NCBI GenBank assembly: GCA_002269645.1
Contig: NIVC01000976.1
Coordinates: 186,001-250,000 of the forward strand
Length of the DNA: 64,000 nucleotides
Reading direction: 5' to 3'
Source: Macrostomum lignano
Lineage: Eukaryota
Shown here: piece after piece, positions 36,501-49,600 of the stretch
How positions within the stretch are numbered: position 1 is the stretch's first letter
How the letters are laid out: the number at the start of each line of letters is the position of its first letter
Translations under genes and position numbers: made by a program
Notes under the pieces: generated by a model
What the model was told of the DNA's origin: nothing
The model's input: only the letters and a program-made list of their open reading frames with translations
The model's database searches: none

Positions 36501-39500
36501 TTGGCTGCTGCAGTGTGCATCTCTATTAATAAGCAAATCCGATGTACTGTTTATTCTACATTAACGATAATAAGCGAACTCCATCAGACCCCCAATGTAC
36601 ATTAACGGTGATAAGCAAGCCCCATCAGACCCCCATTGTACATTAACGGTGATAAGCAAGCCCCATCAGACCCTCATTGTACATTAACGGTGATAAGCAA
36701 GCCCCATCAGACCCCCAATGTACATTAACGGTGATAAGCAAGCCCCATCAGACCCCCATTGTACATTAACGGTGATAAGCAAGCCCCATCAGACCCTCAT
36801 TGTACATTAACGGAGATAAGCAAGCCCCATCAGACCCCCATTGTACATTAACGGTGATAAGCGAACCCTATCAGACCCTCATTGTACATTAACGGTGATA
36901 AGCAAGCCCCATCAGACCCCCTTTGTACATTAACGGTGATAAGCAAGCCCCATCAGACCCCAATGTACACTCGCAGTGGATAGCCAACCCCATCAGACCC
37001 CAATGTACACTCGCAGTGGATAGCCAACCCCATCTAACCCCAACGTACACTCGCAGTGGATAGCCAACCCCATCAAACCCCAACGTACACTCGCAGTGGA
37101 TAGCCAACCCCATCAAACCTCAACGTACACTCGGCACTCGCAGTGGATAGCCAACCCCATCTAACCCCAATGTACATTCGCGGTGCTAGCCAACCCCATC
37201 TAACCCCAATGCACATTCGCGTAGACAGCCTGCCCAATCAGCCCCACCACCCCAGTGCACACAGTTCATCAATCCTTCCCCATCGCAGTCGGACTTCGCT
37301 CCCGAAGATTTCTCGGCAATGCCTGCACCGCTGCTGCTGGACATGCTGGAATCCAAGCTGGACTTCCCGCTGCACGCGGCCGTCAAATCGAAACGGGACG
37401 ACGTTGTCTTCCTCTATTTGAGTCGGCACTTCAATCAAGTAAGCAATTTTTGCTTTAAAACATTTTGCTTTGGCTTAGACTTTAGCTTACTGAAGGAATT
37501 GGCAATATCTGAAGGCTTATGATTTCATTTTCATTTGAAACCTGCGGCATTGGCATTCCTGCCTGCAGGACCGGTCCAGCGTCAACCAGCTGGACTCGAA
37601 AGGCGAGCACCCGCTGGGCCTGGCCCTCAGCCTCAAACTGGAGGGCATCGCCGAGAACCTGCTGGCGCACAACGCCAACCTCAACAGCCGCGACCCTGAC
37701 GGATTCTCGCTGCTGCACCGCGCCATCCGGGATGGTGAGCTCGACTGGCACTTACTCACACTCACTCACTCACTCACTCACTCGCTCACTCACTCATTCA
37801 CTCACTCACTCACTCATTCACTCACTCACTCACTCACTCATTCACTCACTAACTCACTCACCCACATTCACTCATTCGCTCATATATTCACTCACACTCA
37901 TTCACTCACTCACTCACTCACTCATTCACTCATTCACTCATATATTCACTCACTCACTCACTCACTCACTCATTCACTCACTCACTCACTCACATTCACT
38001 CATTCGCTCATATATTCACTCACACTCATTCACTCACTCACTCACTCACTCACACACTCATTCACTCACTCACTCACTCACATTCACTCATTCACTCATA
38101 TTCACTCACACTCATTCACTCATTCACTCATATATTCACTCACACTCAATCGCTCACTCACTCACTCACTCACTCACTCACTCACTCACTCATTCACTCA
38201 CTCACTCACTCACTCACTCACTCATTCACTCACTCACTCACTCACTCACTCACTCACTCACTCACTCACACACACTTTCTCACTCAGTCACTCGCTCTAC
38301 CAGCTGTTCCCTTCACTACTACAAGCCATTATTCACTGGAATGAGTTCTCCAACTGCACCCGAACGCCCGCCGGCCCGCAGAGGACGAATTCGCTGCCGC
38401 ATTTCTCATCACCCGCGGATGCGACGTGAATTGCGAGGCGCCCGCCAACCGGCGCAGTCCGCTGCATCAGTGCGCCGCCGCGGTGTCCGACTGCCTGTTC
38501 AGCATCGCCGAGCAGCTCGTCATCAAGGGTGCGCGGGTCAACGCGCAGGACGCCGACGGCGCGTCGCCACTTCACCTGGCCGTGTCGGCCGGCAACTCGA
38601 GCGTCTTCGGCTTGCTGCTGTCGCACCCGGACCTGGACGCCAACCTGGCGGACGCGGCTGGCAGCGTGCCGCTCTGGCTGACGCTGCGTCGAGTCGACGG
38701 CGGGCCCGGCGACGCCGAGGCCAGGCGGATGTGCGCCGAACTCGTGCGCAAAGGGGCGTCACCCGACGCGACTGGGACACGTTTCCATGGTGACAGTCTG
38801 TTGCACAGGTGAATGGATGGCTAAGCAACGGTTGCTATGCTGAGTATTGATGGGTTCTTCTGGTTGCTATGCGACAGTTGCTATTTTGAGTATTGATGGG
38901 TTCCTCTGGTTGCTAGGCAACGGTTGCTATGCTGAGTATTGATGGGTTCTTCTGGTTGCTAGGCGACGGTTGCTATGCTGAGTATTGATGGATTCTTTTG
39001 GTTGCTAGGCGACGGTTGCTATGCTGAGTATCGATGGGTTTTTCTGGTTGCTATGCTGAGTATTGATGGGTTCTTCTGGTTGCTAGGTGACGGTTGCTAT
39101 GCTGACTATGGATGGGTTTTTCTGGTTGCTATGCGATGATTGCTATGTTGAGTATTGATGAGTTCTTCTGGTTGCTAGGCGACGGTTGCTATGCTGAGTA
39201 TTGATAGGTTCTTCTGGTTGCTAGAATGCTAGGCGACGGTTGCTATGCTGAGTATTTATGGGTTCTTTTGGTTGCTAGGCGATCGTTTTTTATTAGTGTC
39301 AACTTTAATAAGTTATTTTGGCTTCTACTTTGGTTATGGAGTTCTAGTTGCTACGGCAACGGTGGCTATTACTTCATGATCCCCATGCTAAAATAAAAAT
39401 GCCTCATATCCCGCACTGCCAGGTGCGCCCGGGACCGGATGGAGCAGGCGGCCATCTACCTGTGCCAGCTGGGCGCCAAGCCGAACACCCGAAATGAGAG

Positions 39501-42500
39501 GGGCGAGACACCGCTGCACACGGCCGCCCACCTGGGCCTGGCGGGCCTCGCCAAGGCGCTGCTGGCGGCTGGCGCGGACCCCAACACCCAGATGACCGGC
39601 TGCCTGCAGCCCAGCGGCGAGTCCGACGTCACCATGCAGACCGCCATACACCTGGCCATCTGCGGTGGCCACAGGCAGCTTGTGCAGGTGGGGCTGAAAT
39701 TCTGCCTGTGCTTTTTCCATGCTTACTGGCTCACATTGTCGATTATTCCAGTTATGTACATTTAATTTTACATGTCCATATGAGTTGTGATATTCCCATG
39801 TCGATATTACCATGTCGACATTCCCATGTCGATATGCCCATGTCAACATTCCCATGTCGATATTCCCATGTCGATATTCCTATGTCGATAATTTCAATGT
39901 CGATATTCCCATGTCGATATTCCCATGTCGATATTCCCATGTCGACATTCCCATGTCGACATTCCCATGTCGATATTACCATGTCGACATTCCCATGTCG
40001 ATATTCCCATGTCGATATTCCCATGTCGATAATTTCAATGTCGATATTCCCATGTCGATAATTTCCATGTTGATATTCCCATGTCGATAATTTCCATGTT
40101 GATATTCCTATGTCGATAATTTCCATGTCGACATCCATGTCGATTCCATTCGCAGACTCTGCTGGTGTCCGACCTGAGTGTCCGCGACTCGCAGGGCAAC
40201 TCAGCCTTCAGCCTGGCGCTGTGGAACGGGATGGTGGACGTGGCCGATCAGCTGCTCCGAGCCGGCGCCTGCATCAACGAGGCCAACGCCGAGGGCCTCA
40301 GCCTGCTGCAACAGGCGGTGCTGCTGCACTCGGCCAGGGCCGCCCTGTTCCTCATTGAGCACGGGGCCGACATTCACTACGTGTGAGCTGGGGGAGGTCG
40401 AATGAGTCACTTGTTTACTATGAGTGATTAAGGGTCATTTTTTGAGCTCATCAAGAAATGAGTCATACAGAGAGCTCATCAAAGTAATCATCATTTAGAA
40501 TGAGTCATACAGAAAACTCACCAAAGTAATCATCATTTAGAATGAGTCATACAGAAAACTCATCAAAGTAATCATCATTTAGAATGAGTCATACAGAAAA
40601 CTCATCAAAGTAATCATCATTTAGAATGAGCATACAGAAAACTCATCAAAGTAATCATCATTTAGAATGAGTCATACAGAAAACTCATCAAAGTAATCAT
40701 CATTTAGAATGAGTCATACAGAAAACTCATCAAAGTAATCATCATTTAGACTGAGTCATACAGAAAACTCATCCTAGTAATCATCATTTAGAATGAGTCA
40801 TACAGAAAACTCATCAAAAGTTCATCATTTAGAATGAGTCATACAGAGCAGTAATAAAATACTCAACGAGAGTGAGTCATGCAGCGAAATAATAAATCAA
40901 TTATTCACTATCGCCTCATGCCCAGAAACCCGTCAGGCGAGTCCAGCCTCCAGCTCGCCATCAAGGCGCAGCTGCCAGCCGTGGTGAAGGTGCTCTGCCA
41001 GCGGGGCGCCAACCTGGAGACCGGCTGCCCGCTCAGCCTGGCGCTGGAAGCTGGGCAGGAGGAGATGGCGGCCATCCTGATTGAGCACGGCGCCTCCGTG
41101 ACCCCCTGGCTGCCGGGCCCGGAGGCCGGCCAGGAGCGCACGCTGCTGCAGCAGCTGCTGGATGGCGGCCAGGAGCGAAGCGCCGTCTTCCTCATCCGCC
41201 GCGGCGCCGAAGTCAATGTCATCACGAGGGGCTGCGAGGACAAGCAGACTCCCCTGCACGTGTGCGCGCAGTGGGGATTGGAGGTATGGGAGTTGGGGAG
41301 TGGAAGTGTGGGATATGTTGAGGTGGAGGTGTGGGAGTTGGGGAGTGGAGGTGTGGGAGTTGGGGAGTGGAATTGTGGGAGTTGGGGAGTGGAAGTGTGG
41401 GATTTGGGGAGTGGAAGTGTGGGATTTGGGGAGTGGAAGTGTGGGAGTTGGAGATTGGAGGTATGGGAGTTAGGGAGTGGAAGTGTGGGAGTTGGGGAGT
41501 GGAAGTGTGGGAGTTGGGGATTGGAGGTATGGGAGTTGGGGAGTGGAAGTGTGGGAGTTGGGGATTGGAGGTGTGGGAGTTGGGGAGTGGAGGTGTGAGA
41601 TTTGAGGAGGTGGAGGTGTGGGAGTTGAGGAGTGGAGGTGTGGGATTTGAGGAGGTGGAGGTATGGGAGTTGGGGAGTGGAAGTGTGGGATATGTTGAGG
41701 TGGAGGTGTGGGAGTTGGGGAGTGGAGGTGTGGGATTTGAGGAGGTGGAGGTGTGGGAGTTGGGGAGTGGAGGTGTGGGAGTTGGGGAGTGAAAGTGTGG
41801 GAGTTGGGGAGTGGAAGTGTGGGAGTTGGGGAGTGGAATTGTGGGAGTTGGGGAGTGGAAGTGTGGGAGTTGGGGAGTGGAAGTGTGGGTGTTAGGGAGT
41901 GGAAGTGTGAGAGTTGGGGAGTGGAAGTGTGGGAGTTGGGGAGTGAAAGTGTGGGAGTTGGGGAGTGGAAGTGTGGGAGTTGGGGAGTGGAATTGTGGGA
42001 GTTGGGGAGTGGAAGTGTGGGAGTTGGGGAGTGGAAGTGTGGGTGTTAGGGAGTGGAAGTGTGAGAGTTGGGGAGTGGAAGTGTGGGAGTTGGGGAGTGG
42101 AAGTGTGTAGTTGGGGAGTGGAAGTGTGGGAGTTGGGGAGTGGAAGTGTGGGAGTTGAGGATTGGAGGTATGGGAGTTGGGGAGTGGAAGTGTGGGATAT
42201 GTTGAGGTGGAGGTGTGGGAGTTGGGGAGTGGAGGTGTGGGATTTGAGGAGGTGGAGGTGTGGGAGTTGGGGAGTGGAGGTGTGGGAGTTGGGGAGTGGA
42301 AGTGGGGAGTGGAAGTGTGGAGTTGGGGAGTGGAAGTGTGGGAGTTGGGGAGTGGAAGTGTGGGAGTTGAGGATTGGAGGTATGGGAGCTGGGGAGTGGA
42401 AGTGTGGGAGTTGGGGAGTGGAAGTGTGGGAGTTGGGGATTGGAGGTATGGGAGTTGGGGAGTGGAAGTGTGGGATATGTTGAGGTGGAGGTGTGGGAGT

Positions 42501-44501
42501 TGGGGAGTGGAGGTGTGGGATATGTTGAGGTGGAGGTGTGGGAGTTGGGGAGTGAAAGTGTGGGAGTTGGGGAGTGGAAGTGTGGGAGTTGGGGAGTGGA
42601 ATTGTGGGAGTTGGGGAGTGGAAGTGTGTAGTTGGGGAGTGGAAGTGTGGGAGTTGGGGAGTGGAAGTGTGGGAGTTGAGGATTGGAGGTATGGGAGTTG
42701 GGGAGTGGAAGTGTGGGATATGTTGAGGTGGAGGTGTGGGAGTTGGGGAGTGGAGGTGTGGGATTTGAGGAGGTGGAGGTGTGGGAGTTGGGGAGTGGAG
42801 GTGTGGGATTTGAGGAGGTGGAGGTGTGGGAGTTGGGGAGTGGAGGTGTGGGAGTTGGGGAGTGGAGGTGTGGGATTTGAGGAGGTGGAGGTGTGGGATT
42901 TAGGGAGGTGGAGTTGTGGAAGTTGGGGAGTGGAGGTGTGGGATTTGAGGAGGTGGAGGTGTGGGATTTAGGGAGGTGGAGTTGTGGAAGTTGGGGAGTG
43001 GAGGTGTGGGATATGTTGAGGTGGAGCTGTGGGAGTTGGGAAGTGGAGGTGTGGGATTTGGGGAGCGGAGGTGTGGGAGTTGGGGAGTGGAGGTGTGGGA
43101 TTTGGGGAGGTGGAGATGTGGTATTTGGGAAAGTGAGGTGTGGGATTTGGGGAGTGGAGATGTGGGATTTGGGGAGTGGAGGTGTGGGATTTGGGGAGTA
43201 GAGGTGTGGGATTTGGGGAGTGGAGGTGTGGGATTTGGGGAGTGGAGGTGTGGGATTTGGGGAGTGGAGGTGTGGGATTTGGGGAGTACAGGTGTGGCAT
43301 TTACAATCACCACCGAACACCGCAGGGCGCCACCCACGCCCTCATCGAGCGCAACGCCGACGTGAACGCGCAGGACGCGGACGGCAACACGCCGCTGCAC
43401 CTGGCCATTCAGGGCGGCCACATGACGGTCGTCAGCCTGCTGCTGTCGCACCCGGGCCTCGACCTGCGCCTGCGCAACGCGCGCGGCGCCACGCCGTTCG
43501 CCTCCGCGATGGAGTCGCGCAGCCAGCGAGTCGCTCAGGCTATCGTCGATCGCGAGCCGACGGCGCCGGAGCTGCGGGACAACCAGGTGCGATGGGATTC
43601 TCATTGTAGCCTGTCTGCATCACTCTGTCTCATTGTAGCCTGCCTGCATCACCTTGTGTCTCAATTGGGTTGCCTGCATCACTCTGTGTCTCAATTGGGT
43701 TGCCTGCATCACTCTGTGTCTCGATTGGGTTGCCTTGGGTTGCCAGGGTTACATTTTAGCCTCATCAAATTGATCTCCTCCACCCCCAGGGCCGCAACTT
43801 TCTGCACAAGGCGGTGCTGAAGGCCGACCTGGACAGCGTCCTGTTCCTCATCTCAATCAGCGCCGATGTGAACTCGCGGGTTCGCGACCAGACCGAGCTC
43901 GCCCCGCTGCACCTCTGCGTCGCCGCGCCGTCCACTGACGCCACGTCGAGCGTGGCGCGTCACCTCCTGCTTGCTGGCGCCGACCCCAACGCCCGCACCA
44001 GCGGCCAGCGACGGACGCCGCTGCACCTGGCCTGCGCTGCCGGCAACTGCGACCTCGCCGGAATCCTGCTAGAGAACGAATCTGTCGAGGTGAACTGCAC
44101 CGACGATGGCGGCGAGACTCCGCTGCACCTGGCGATGCGCGAGGGCCACCTGCCGGTCTGCCGCCTCCTCCTGCAGCAGCACCGCCGCCCGCGGCCGCAG
44201 CTGCTCAGCGCCGCCAACATCCGTGGCCAGACGCCGCTGCACCTGCTGGCTCAGTACGGCCGGGAGAACGCCGCCAGCATCTTCGACTGCGTGATGGCCG
44301 CCGAGCCGCAGACCAGCGTCGACTTGCCCGACGCTGAGGGCAACACGGCGCTGCTGCTGGCCTACATACAGGGCAACGTGCGGCTCTGCACCGCCCTGGT
44401 GCGGGCTGGTGCCAGCCTGGGGGCCATCAACAAGTACGGCAAGACCGTCTTCAACCACCAGGTGAGCTTGCTGTGTCTGTCTGCCTGTCTGTCTGTCTGC
44501 C

Positions 44502-44544
<43 letters not shown>

Positions 44545-44547
44545 ATT

Positions 44548-44594
<47 letters not shown>

Positions 44595-44647
44595 GCCTCT
44601 GTCTGTCCGCCTGTCTGCCTGCCTGTCTGCCTGCCTGTCTGCCTGCC

Positions 44648-44680
<33 letters not shown>

Positions 44681-44683
44681 GCC

Positions 44684-44721
<38 letters not shown>

Positions 44722-44723
44722 CC

Positions 44724-44776
<53 letters not shown>

Positions 44777-44788
44777 TGTCTGTTTTAG

Positions 44789-44841
<53 letters not shown>

Positions 44842-44978
44842 TAGTGTCTGTCTGTCTGTCTTAGTGTCTGTCTTAGTGTCTGTCTGTCTGCCTGTCTGTC
44901 TGTCTGCCTGCCTGCCTGTCTGTCTGCCTGTCTGTCTGTCTGTCTGCCTGCCTGTCTGCCTGCCTGCCTGTCTGTCTA

Positions 44979-45029
<51 letters not shown>

Positions 45030-45076
45030 TAGTGTCTGCCTGTCTGTCTGTCTTAGTGTCTGTCTGTCTGTCTTAG

Positions 45077-45165
<89 letters not shown>

Positions 45166-45168
45166 TAG

Positions 45169-45213
<45 letters not shown>

Positions 45214-45477
45214 GCCTGTCTGTCTGTCTGCCTGTCTGTCTGTCTGCCTGCCTGTCTGTCTGTCTTTCTGTCTGTCTGTCTGCCTGCCTGCCTGTCTGCC
45301 TGTCTGTCTGCCTGTCTGTCTGTCTGTCTGCCTGTCTGTCTGTCTGTCTGCCTGCCTGCCTGTCTGTCTGTCTGTCTGCCTGCCTGCCTGTCTGTCTTAG
45401 TGTCTGTCTGTCTCTGTGTGTGTGTGTCTGTCTGTCTGTCTGCCTGCCTGCCTGCCTGCCTGTCTGTCCGTCTGTCT

Positions 45478-45511
<34 letters not shown>

Positions 45512-45824
45512 CTGTCTGTCTCCAGTCTCCAGCCGCCCCTGCGCCACCACTCAGGTGCCAACCACCAGCAAGCAGCTGCTGCACACCCTGCTGGACATCC
45601 TGGACAAGGAGCCGGGCTGGGTGGACGGCGACTTCTGCCTGGAATGCGGCACCCGGTTCAGCCTGAAGACCCGCAAGCATCACTGCCGGCACTGCGGCCG
45701 CCTGCTATGCGCGAGCTGCTCCAAGCAGCAGTGCGCCATCGTGAAGTACGGCATGCGCAAGCCGGAGCGGGTCTGCCAGTTCTGCTTCGACTACATCACC
45801 TGCCGCTACGGAGTGTCCGATTGA
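33596..45824 (+). CDS. ANKFY1: Rabankyrin-5 / ANKFY1 (coiled coil, BTB, ankyrin repeats, FYVE); exons 33596-33632, 34292-34502, 34672-35059, 37289-37438, 37569-37734, 38382-38808, 39423-39687, 40156-40382, 40926-41283, 43326-43586, 43790-44461, 45555-45824
   Basis: [17 protein letters not shown] coiled coil; [19 protein letters not shown]; [19 protein letters not shown]; many TPLH ankyrin repeats; [21 protein letters not shown]; [27 protein letters not shown]. All junctions are GT-AG and in phase. Confidence 0.95.
35220..35780. repeat. 20-21 bp minisatellite containing TTTAGGG, ANKFY1 intron 3
   Basis: TTTAGGGATTCCCC(C/T)TCTCCG. Confidence 0.95.
36560..37220. repeat. 41-bp to 40-bp minisatellite, ANKFY1 intron 3
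   Basis: CATTAACGGTGATAAGCAAGCCCCATCAGACCCCCAATGTA switching to CACTCGCAGTGGATAGCCAACCCCATCAGACCCCAATGTA. Confidence 0.93.
37750..38290. repeat. (CACT)n microsatellite, ANKFY1 intron 5
   Basis: CACT/CATT repeats. Confidence 0.96.
38820..39290. repeat. about 46-bp minisatellite, ANKFY1 intron 6
   Basis: GGTTGCTATGCTGAGTATTGATGGGTTCTTCTGGTTGCTAGGCGAC. Confidence 0.92.
39790..40140. repeat. 14-bp minisatellite, ANKFY1 intron 7
   Basis: CCCATGTCGATATT. Confidence 0.93.
40430..40850. repeat. 42-bp minisatellite, ANKFY1 intron 8
   Basis: AATGAGTCATACAGAAAACTCATCAAAGTAATCATCATTTAG. Confidence 0.95.
41270..43295. repeat. 2-kb G-rich compound minisatellite, ANKFY1 intron 9
   Basis: GTGGGAGTTGGGGAGTGGA(A/G)GT variants. 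Confidence 0.96.
43600..43745. repeat. about 30-bp repeat, ANKFY1 intron 10
   Basis: TGCCTGCATCACTCTGTGTCTCAATTGGGT about 4 copies. Confidence 0.85.
44470..45520. repeat. (CTGT)n microsatellite, ANKFY1 intron 11
   Basis: CTGT repeats with CCTG and CTTAGTGT variants. Confidence 0.97.
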
Positions 45825-45929
45825 CGCATTCAATTTTTTTATGACGTTACGTCTTGAATAAAATTGTTTTGCCTTGAAATTCTCCATGAAATATGCGATT
45901 CCCTTTTAAATTTATATTGAAATTCCCCA

Positions 45930-46660
45930 GTGATCAAGTGAAAAATTACCTAATGATCAAGTGAGAAATTCCCCAATAAACAAGTGAGCAATTCCCCAGT
46001 GAGCAAGTGAGCAATTCCCCAGTAATCAAGTGAGCAATTCCCCAATAATCAAGTGATCAATTCCCCAATAATCAAGTGAGCAATTCCCCAATAATCAAGT
46101 GAGCAATTCCCCAGTAATCAAGTGAGCAATTCCCCAATAATCAAGTGAGCAATTCCCCAATAATCAAGTGAGCAATTCCCCAGTGAGCAAGTGATCAATT
46201 CCCCAATAATCAAGTGAGCAATTCCCCAATAATCAAGTGATCAATTCCCCAGTAATCAAGTGAGCAATTCCCCAATAATCAAGTGAGCAATTCCCCAATA
46301 ATCAAGTGAGCAATTCCCCAATAATCAAGTGAGCAATTCCCCAATAATCAAGTGAGCAATTCCCCAATAATCAAGTGAGCAATTCCCCAATAATCAAGTG
46401 AGCAATTCCCCAATAATCAAGTGAGCAATTCCCCAATAAGCAAGTAAGCAATTCCCCAATAAGCAAGTAAGCAATTCCCCAATAATCAAGTGAGCAATTC
46501 CCCAATAATCAAGTGAGCAATTCCCCAGTGAGCAAGTGAGCAATTCCCCAATAATCAAGTGAGCAGTTCCCCAATAATCAAGTAAAAAATTCCCCAATGA
46601 GCAAGTGAGCAATTCCCCAGCAATCAAGTGAGCAGTTCCCCAATAATTAGCAATAATCAA
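45930..46660. repeat. 23-bp minisatellite just 3' of ANKFY1
   Basis: CAAGTGAGCAATTCCCCAATAAT about 30 copies. Confidence 0.96.
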
Positions 46661-49600
46661 TCAAGTGATCATAATCTTGATTCCTTCTCAACCTTGAAGC
46701 GACCGTCACAAACAAGACTTTCTGGCTGTGGCAGTTCGAAGTTGTTTTCGCTGGATTTGATCTCACAGTAAAACAAAATAAGCCAGGAAATCGCAGGTCA
46801 CCGAAGGCTGACATTCTCAGCACCAACTGCCTGACTTCTACAGGCGGATCGATCTTTAGTTTATTATTTTATTAAAATTTTGATTGTCTGGTCTTGTTCT
46901 AGCACAATATGCTCCTGCTTTATAAATATGCTTCAATAATTGATCATTTATGGATTAGAATTTTTAGTAATTATAAGTTCGCGCAGAGACTTTTGTATTT
47001 TTCAATAAATCATTCTGGTTTTCACTGCGTGGTTGATCTTGCAAGACGATTATCCGTCATACGAGTACTTGCTGATTTTGCAATTGTTAATTTACGAGTA
47101 TATATACAACCTTGATTCGTTCAATTCAGTTCAATTATTGCATGTAGCTACTGAAGTGAGTAGTGTGTTTTGAATTTTTGCACTTTAATTGTTTGGAGAA
47201 CTTTAAAGTTCAAAGCAATTTAGTGAGAGCTGTTATTGAAGCTTTGGGAAGCTTTCATTAAATGGCGCCAATCACCGCGCTCTCTTCATGGCGCCAATCA
47301 CCGCGGGCTCTTCATGGCGCCAATCACTACGCGCTCTTCATGGCGTCAATCACCGCGCACGCTGCAAGTGACACGGCGTGATGGTCAGAGTTCGGACAAC
47401 GGTAGCAAGACGGTGAAATCACTATGTAACTAACGCGCTGGGCAGCCCGAGAAGTCTGAGATGAGAATGTACATGTACAAGATTAAAAATTGACACTCAA
47501 CTGCGCACAGAACTGCACTGCACTGCGCACTGCGCACCTGGCTTCCGTGATACTCAGAGAAAGCAAGTGCGTGTGCACTTCGAATTCCTCGGCGAATTGC
47601 CGCCATGCTGTAGAATGTTGCAATGTTGCCGTGTTGCAACAGTGTTGCAATTTAAAGTGTTCCAATTTACAGTGCTGCAATCTAGTGTTGCAACGCCCAG
47701 GGTTGCAATCTACATGTACAGGGTTGCAATCTACATGTTCAGGGTTGCAATTCTACATGTACAGGGTTGCAATGTACAGGTTTCCAATGTACAATGTAAA
47801 ATTGTTCAAATTGCAATTTTTCCAGCCTTCTGTCCGATCCAGTGGCAGCTTTTAATGAACTGCTGCTTGAAGATTTTTGCTTGACTTGATAAACGGCTTT
47901 GGCTTGGCTTTTGTCTTTTATCAAGTTGAAGGTTTTGCATACATAGGTGGTTTAGAAGATCCACTCATTAAAGGTAATAAATGAAAAGAACCGAATTCCG
48001 AATAGAGCTGATCAGAAAGTTGTTCTTTACTTCAGAATTAAATAGCAGATTAATTCCTAACTACACTACTTATTTTGCACGCTTTTCAGTAGCAGCTAAC
48101 GCATGTTTTCTTTATCAATCAATACATAAACAGTGTCAAAAAAATTAAAAAATGCCAACTGATAGGTATTTAAATTTTATTCACAGTGACGATAAACTCG
48201 CATGCACACTTGAAATGAACTGCCTCAATAAAAACAAAGGAAAACCTGCAGTTCCCAGTCCAGCCGGCTCCAATTTCTCGTGGTGCTAAAAGAGGCCGCC
48301 CTTTTAGCTACAACTTGCAAGGCAGATTTGCTTTTCAGCATCTCGAGAGAGTGGAGCATCGGCTTCGACATGCTTGTGAGCGAGTCGAGCAGTTGCTAGG
48401 GGGGGGCTACTCGAATACTCACCTCAGCGCCTGCCGCTGCTTCGGGCTTCTTCTTCTCCTGCTCAGCCTTGCCCCTCTCCTTGCCCTGCCGGTCTCGCAT
48501 GAGCTTAAATAAAGCAAAACTGCCGCCTGCCCAGACTCGGCCGGCGGTTGAGGAAACGGGAGAGGGGAAGAGGAGGAGGTGGACAGTTCACAGGCTGCTC
48601 ACAGGCTGCTCACAGGATGCCCAGCACGTTCTCCGCCTCGCCTCTTCTCCCCGCATGCCTTCCCCAGCTCTGGCCGTCTCGAGAGGTGAGTGTGTCAGCC
48701 CCCGAGCCGCTCCTGCACAGGGGGGGGGGGCGCTGATCCCCCGGCAGTGGGATTTGCGGATTAGCAGTCCCTCCCCACCTCTCCACCCGCCCGGATGAGC
48801 GCCGCCCCCGTCGTGTCCCCCGCCCGCCACTGCAGACCTTGAAAAATATTTCTTCTTTTCCTCGGATCCGCTCCTATCGGCCTCCCAGACACGGAACTGG
48901 AGCCACCCCCGCAGAGAAGCGATTTCGGACACTATTGCTGCTCCAATCCTCTCTCGGGCCTGCTCTCAAATCCCCAGTTCTCGCCCACACACACACACAC
49001 ACACACTGCCGCTCAGCGCCGTGCTCGAATCCTGGAGCACTGAGTGCTGAGCTTGCAGGGCAGGCGGATTGGCAGGCAGAATTTCCAATAACAACTCTCT
49101 CAGCCCCGTCTGCGGCCCCAGTCTGCTGGGCCAGGGACGGCTGATCGAGAAAAAAGCAGCACCTTGGAGTGGCAAATACGCAGAAGGCAGTCGGGTTATC
49201 ATCAATTCTGTCCGGTTGAGCACCCGGTCGGATGACGTCGCTAAAAAATCGAAAATCTGCCCCCCCCCTAAATTGGTGTCTGGGGGAAGCTGAGTTGCTA
49301 CAGCAGTCCAGACTCTGGCTCTAGATGTCCTTGGCTGAGGTGAGGCCGTGGCTCCTCCCCCCCATGGGAACCGAGGGGAGGAAGGCAGAGGGGAGGCGGG
49401 TACATGCGCATTAAGCGACCCAAGAGCTTCTCTTGAGCCCAGACAAACCAAGTTCTGGTTCCTCGGGTGGGGGCGTCTGGTCGGTGGGGAAGCGGCGATG
49501 AAGATGGCAGGGAGGCTGGAGCAGGGAGAACGGCAGCGAAAGCAGAGGCTAAAAATAGAAGCCGCCTCTTCTGCTTTATTCTCTCGACTGCATGTCTGTC

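Noticed and set aside
1-46660. Tandem arrays as CRISPR arrays
   Set aside because: Units abut without unique spacers, there are no cas genes, and the context is intron-containing eukaryotic DNA.
46700-47950. Short minus-strand peptides (e.g. LVCDGRFKVEK) as kinase exons
   Set aside because: No glycine-rich loop or other kinase motif follows, and the frame closes.
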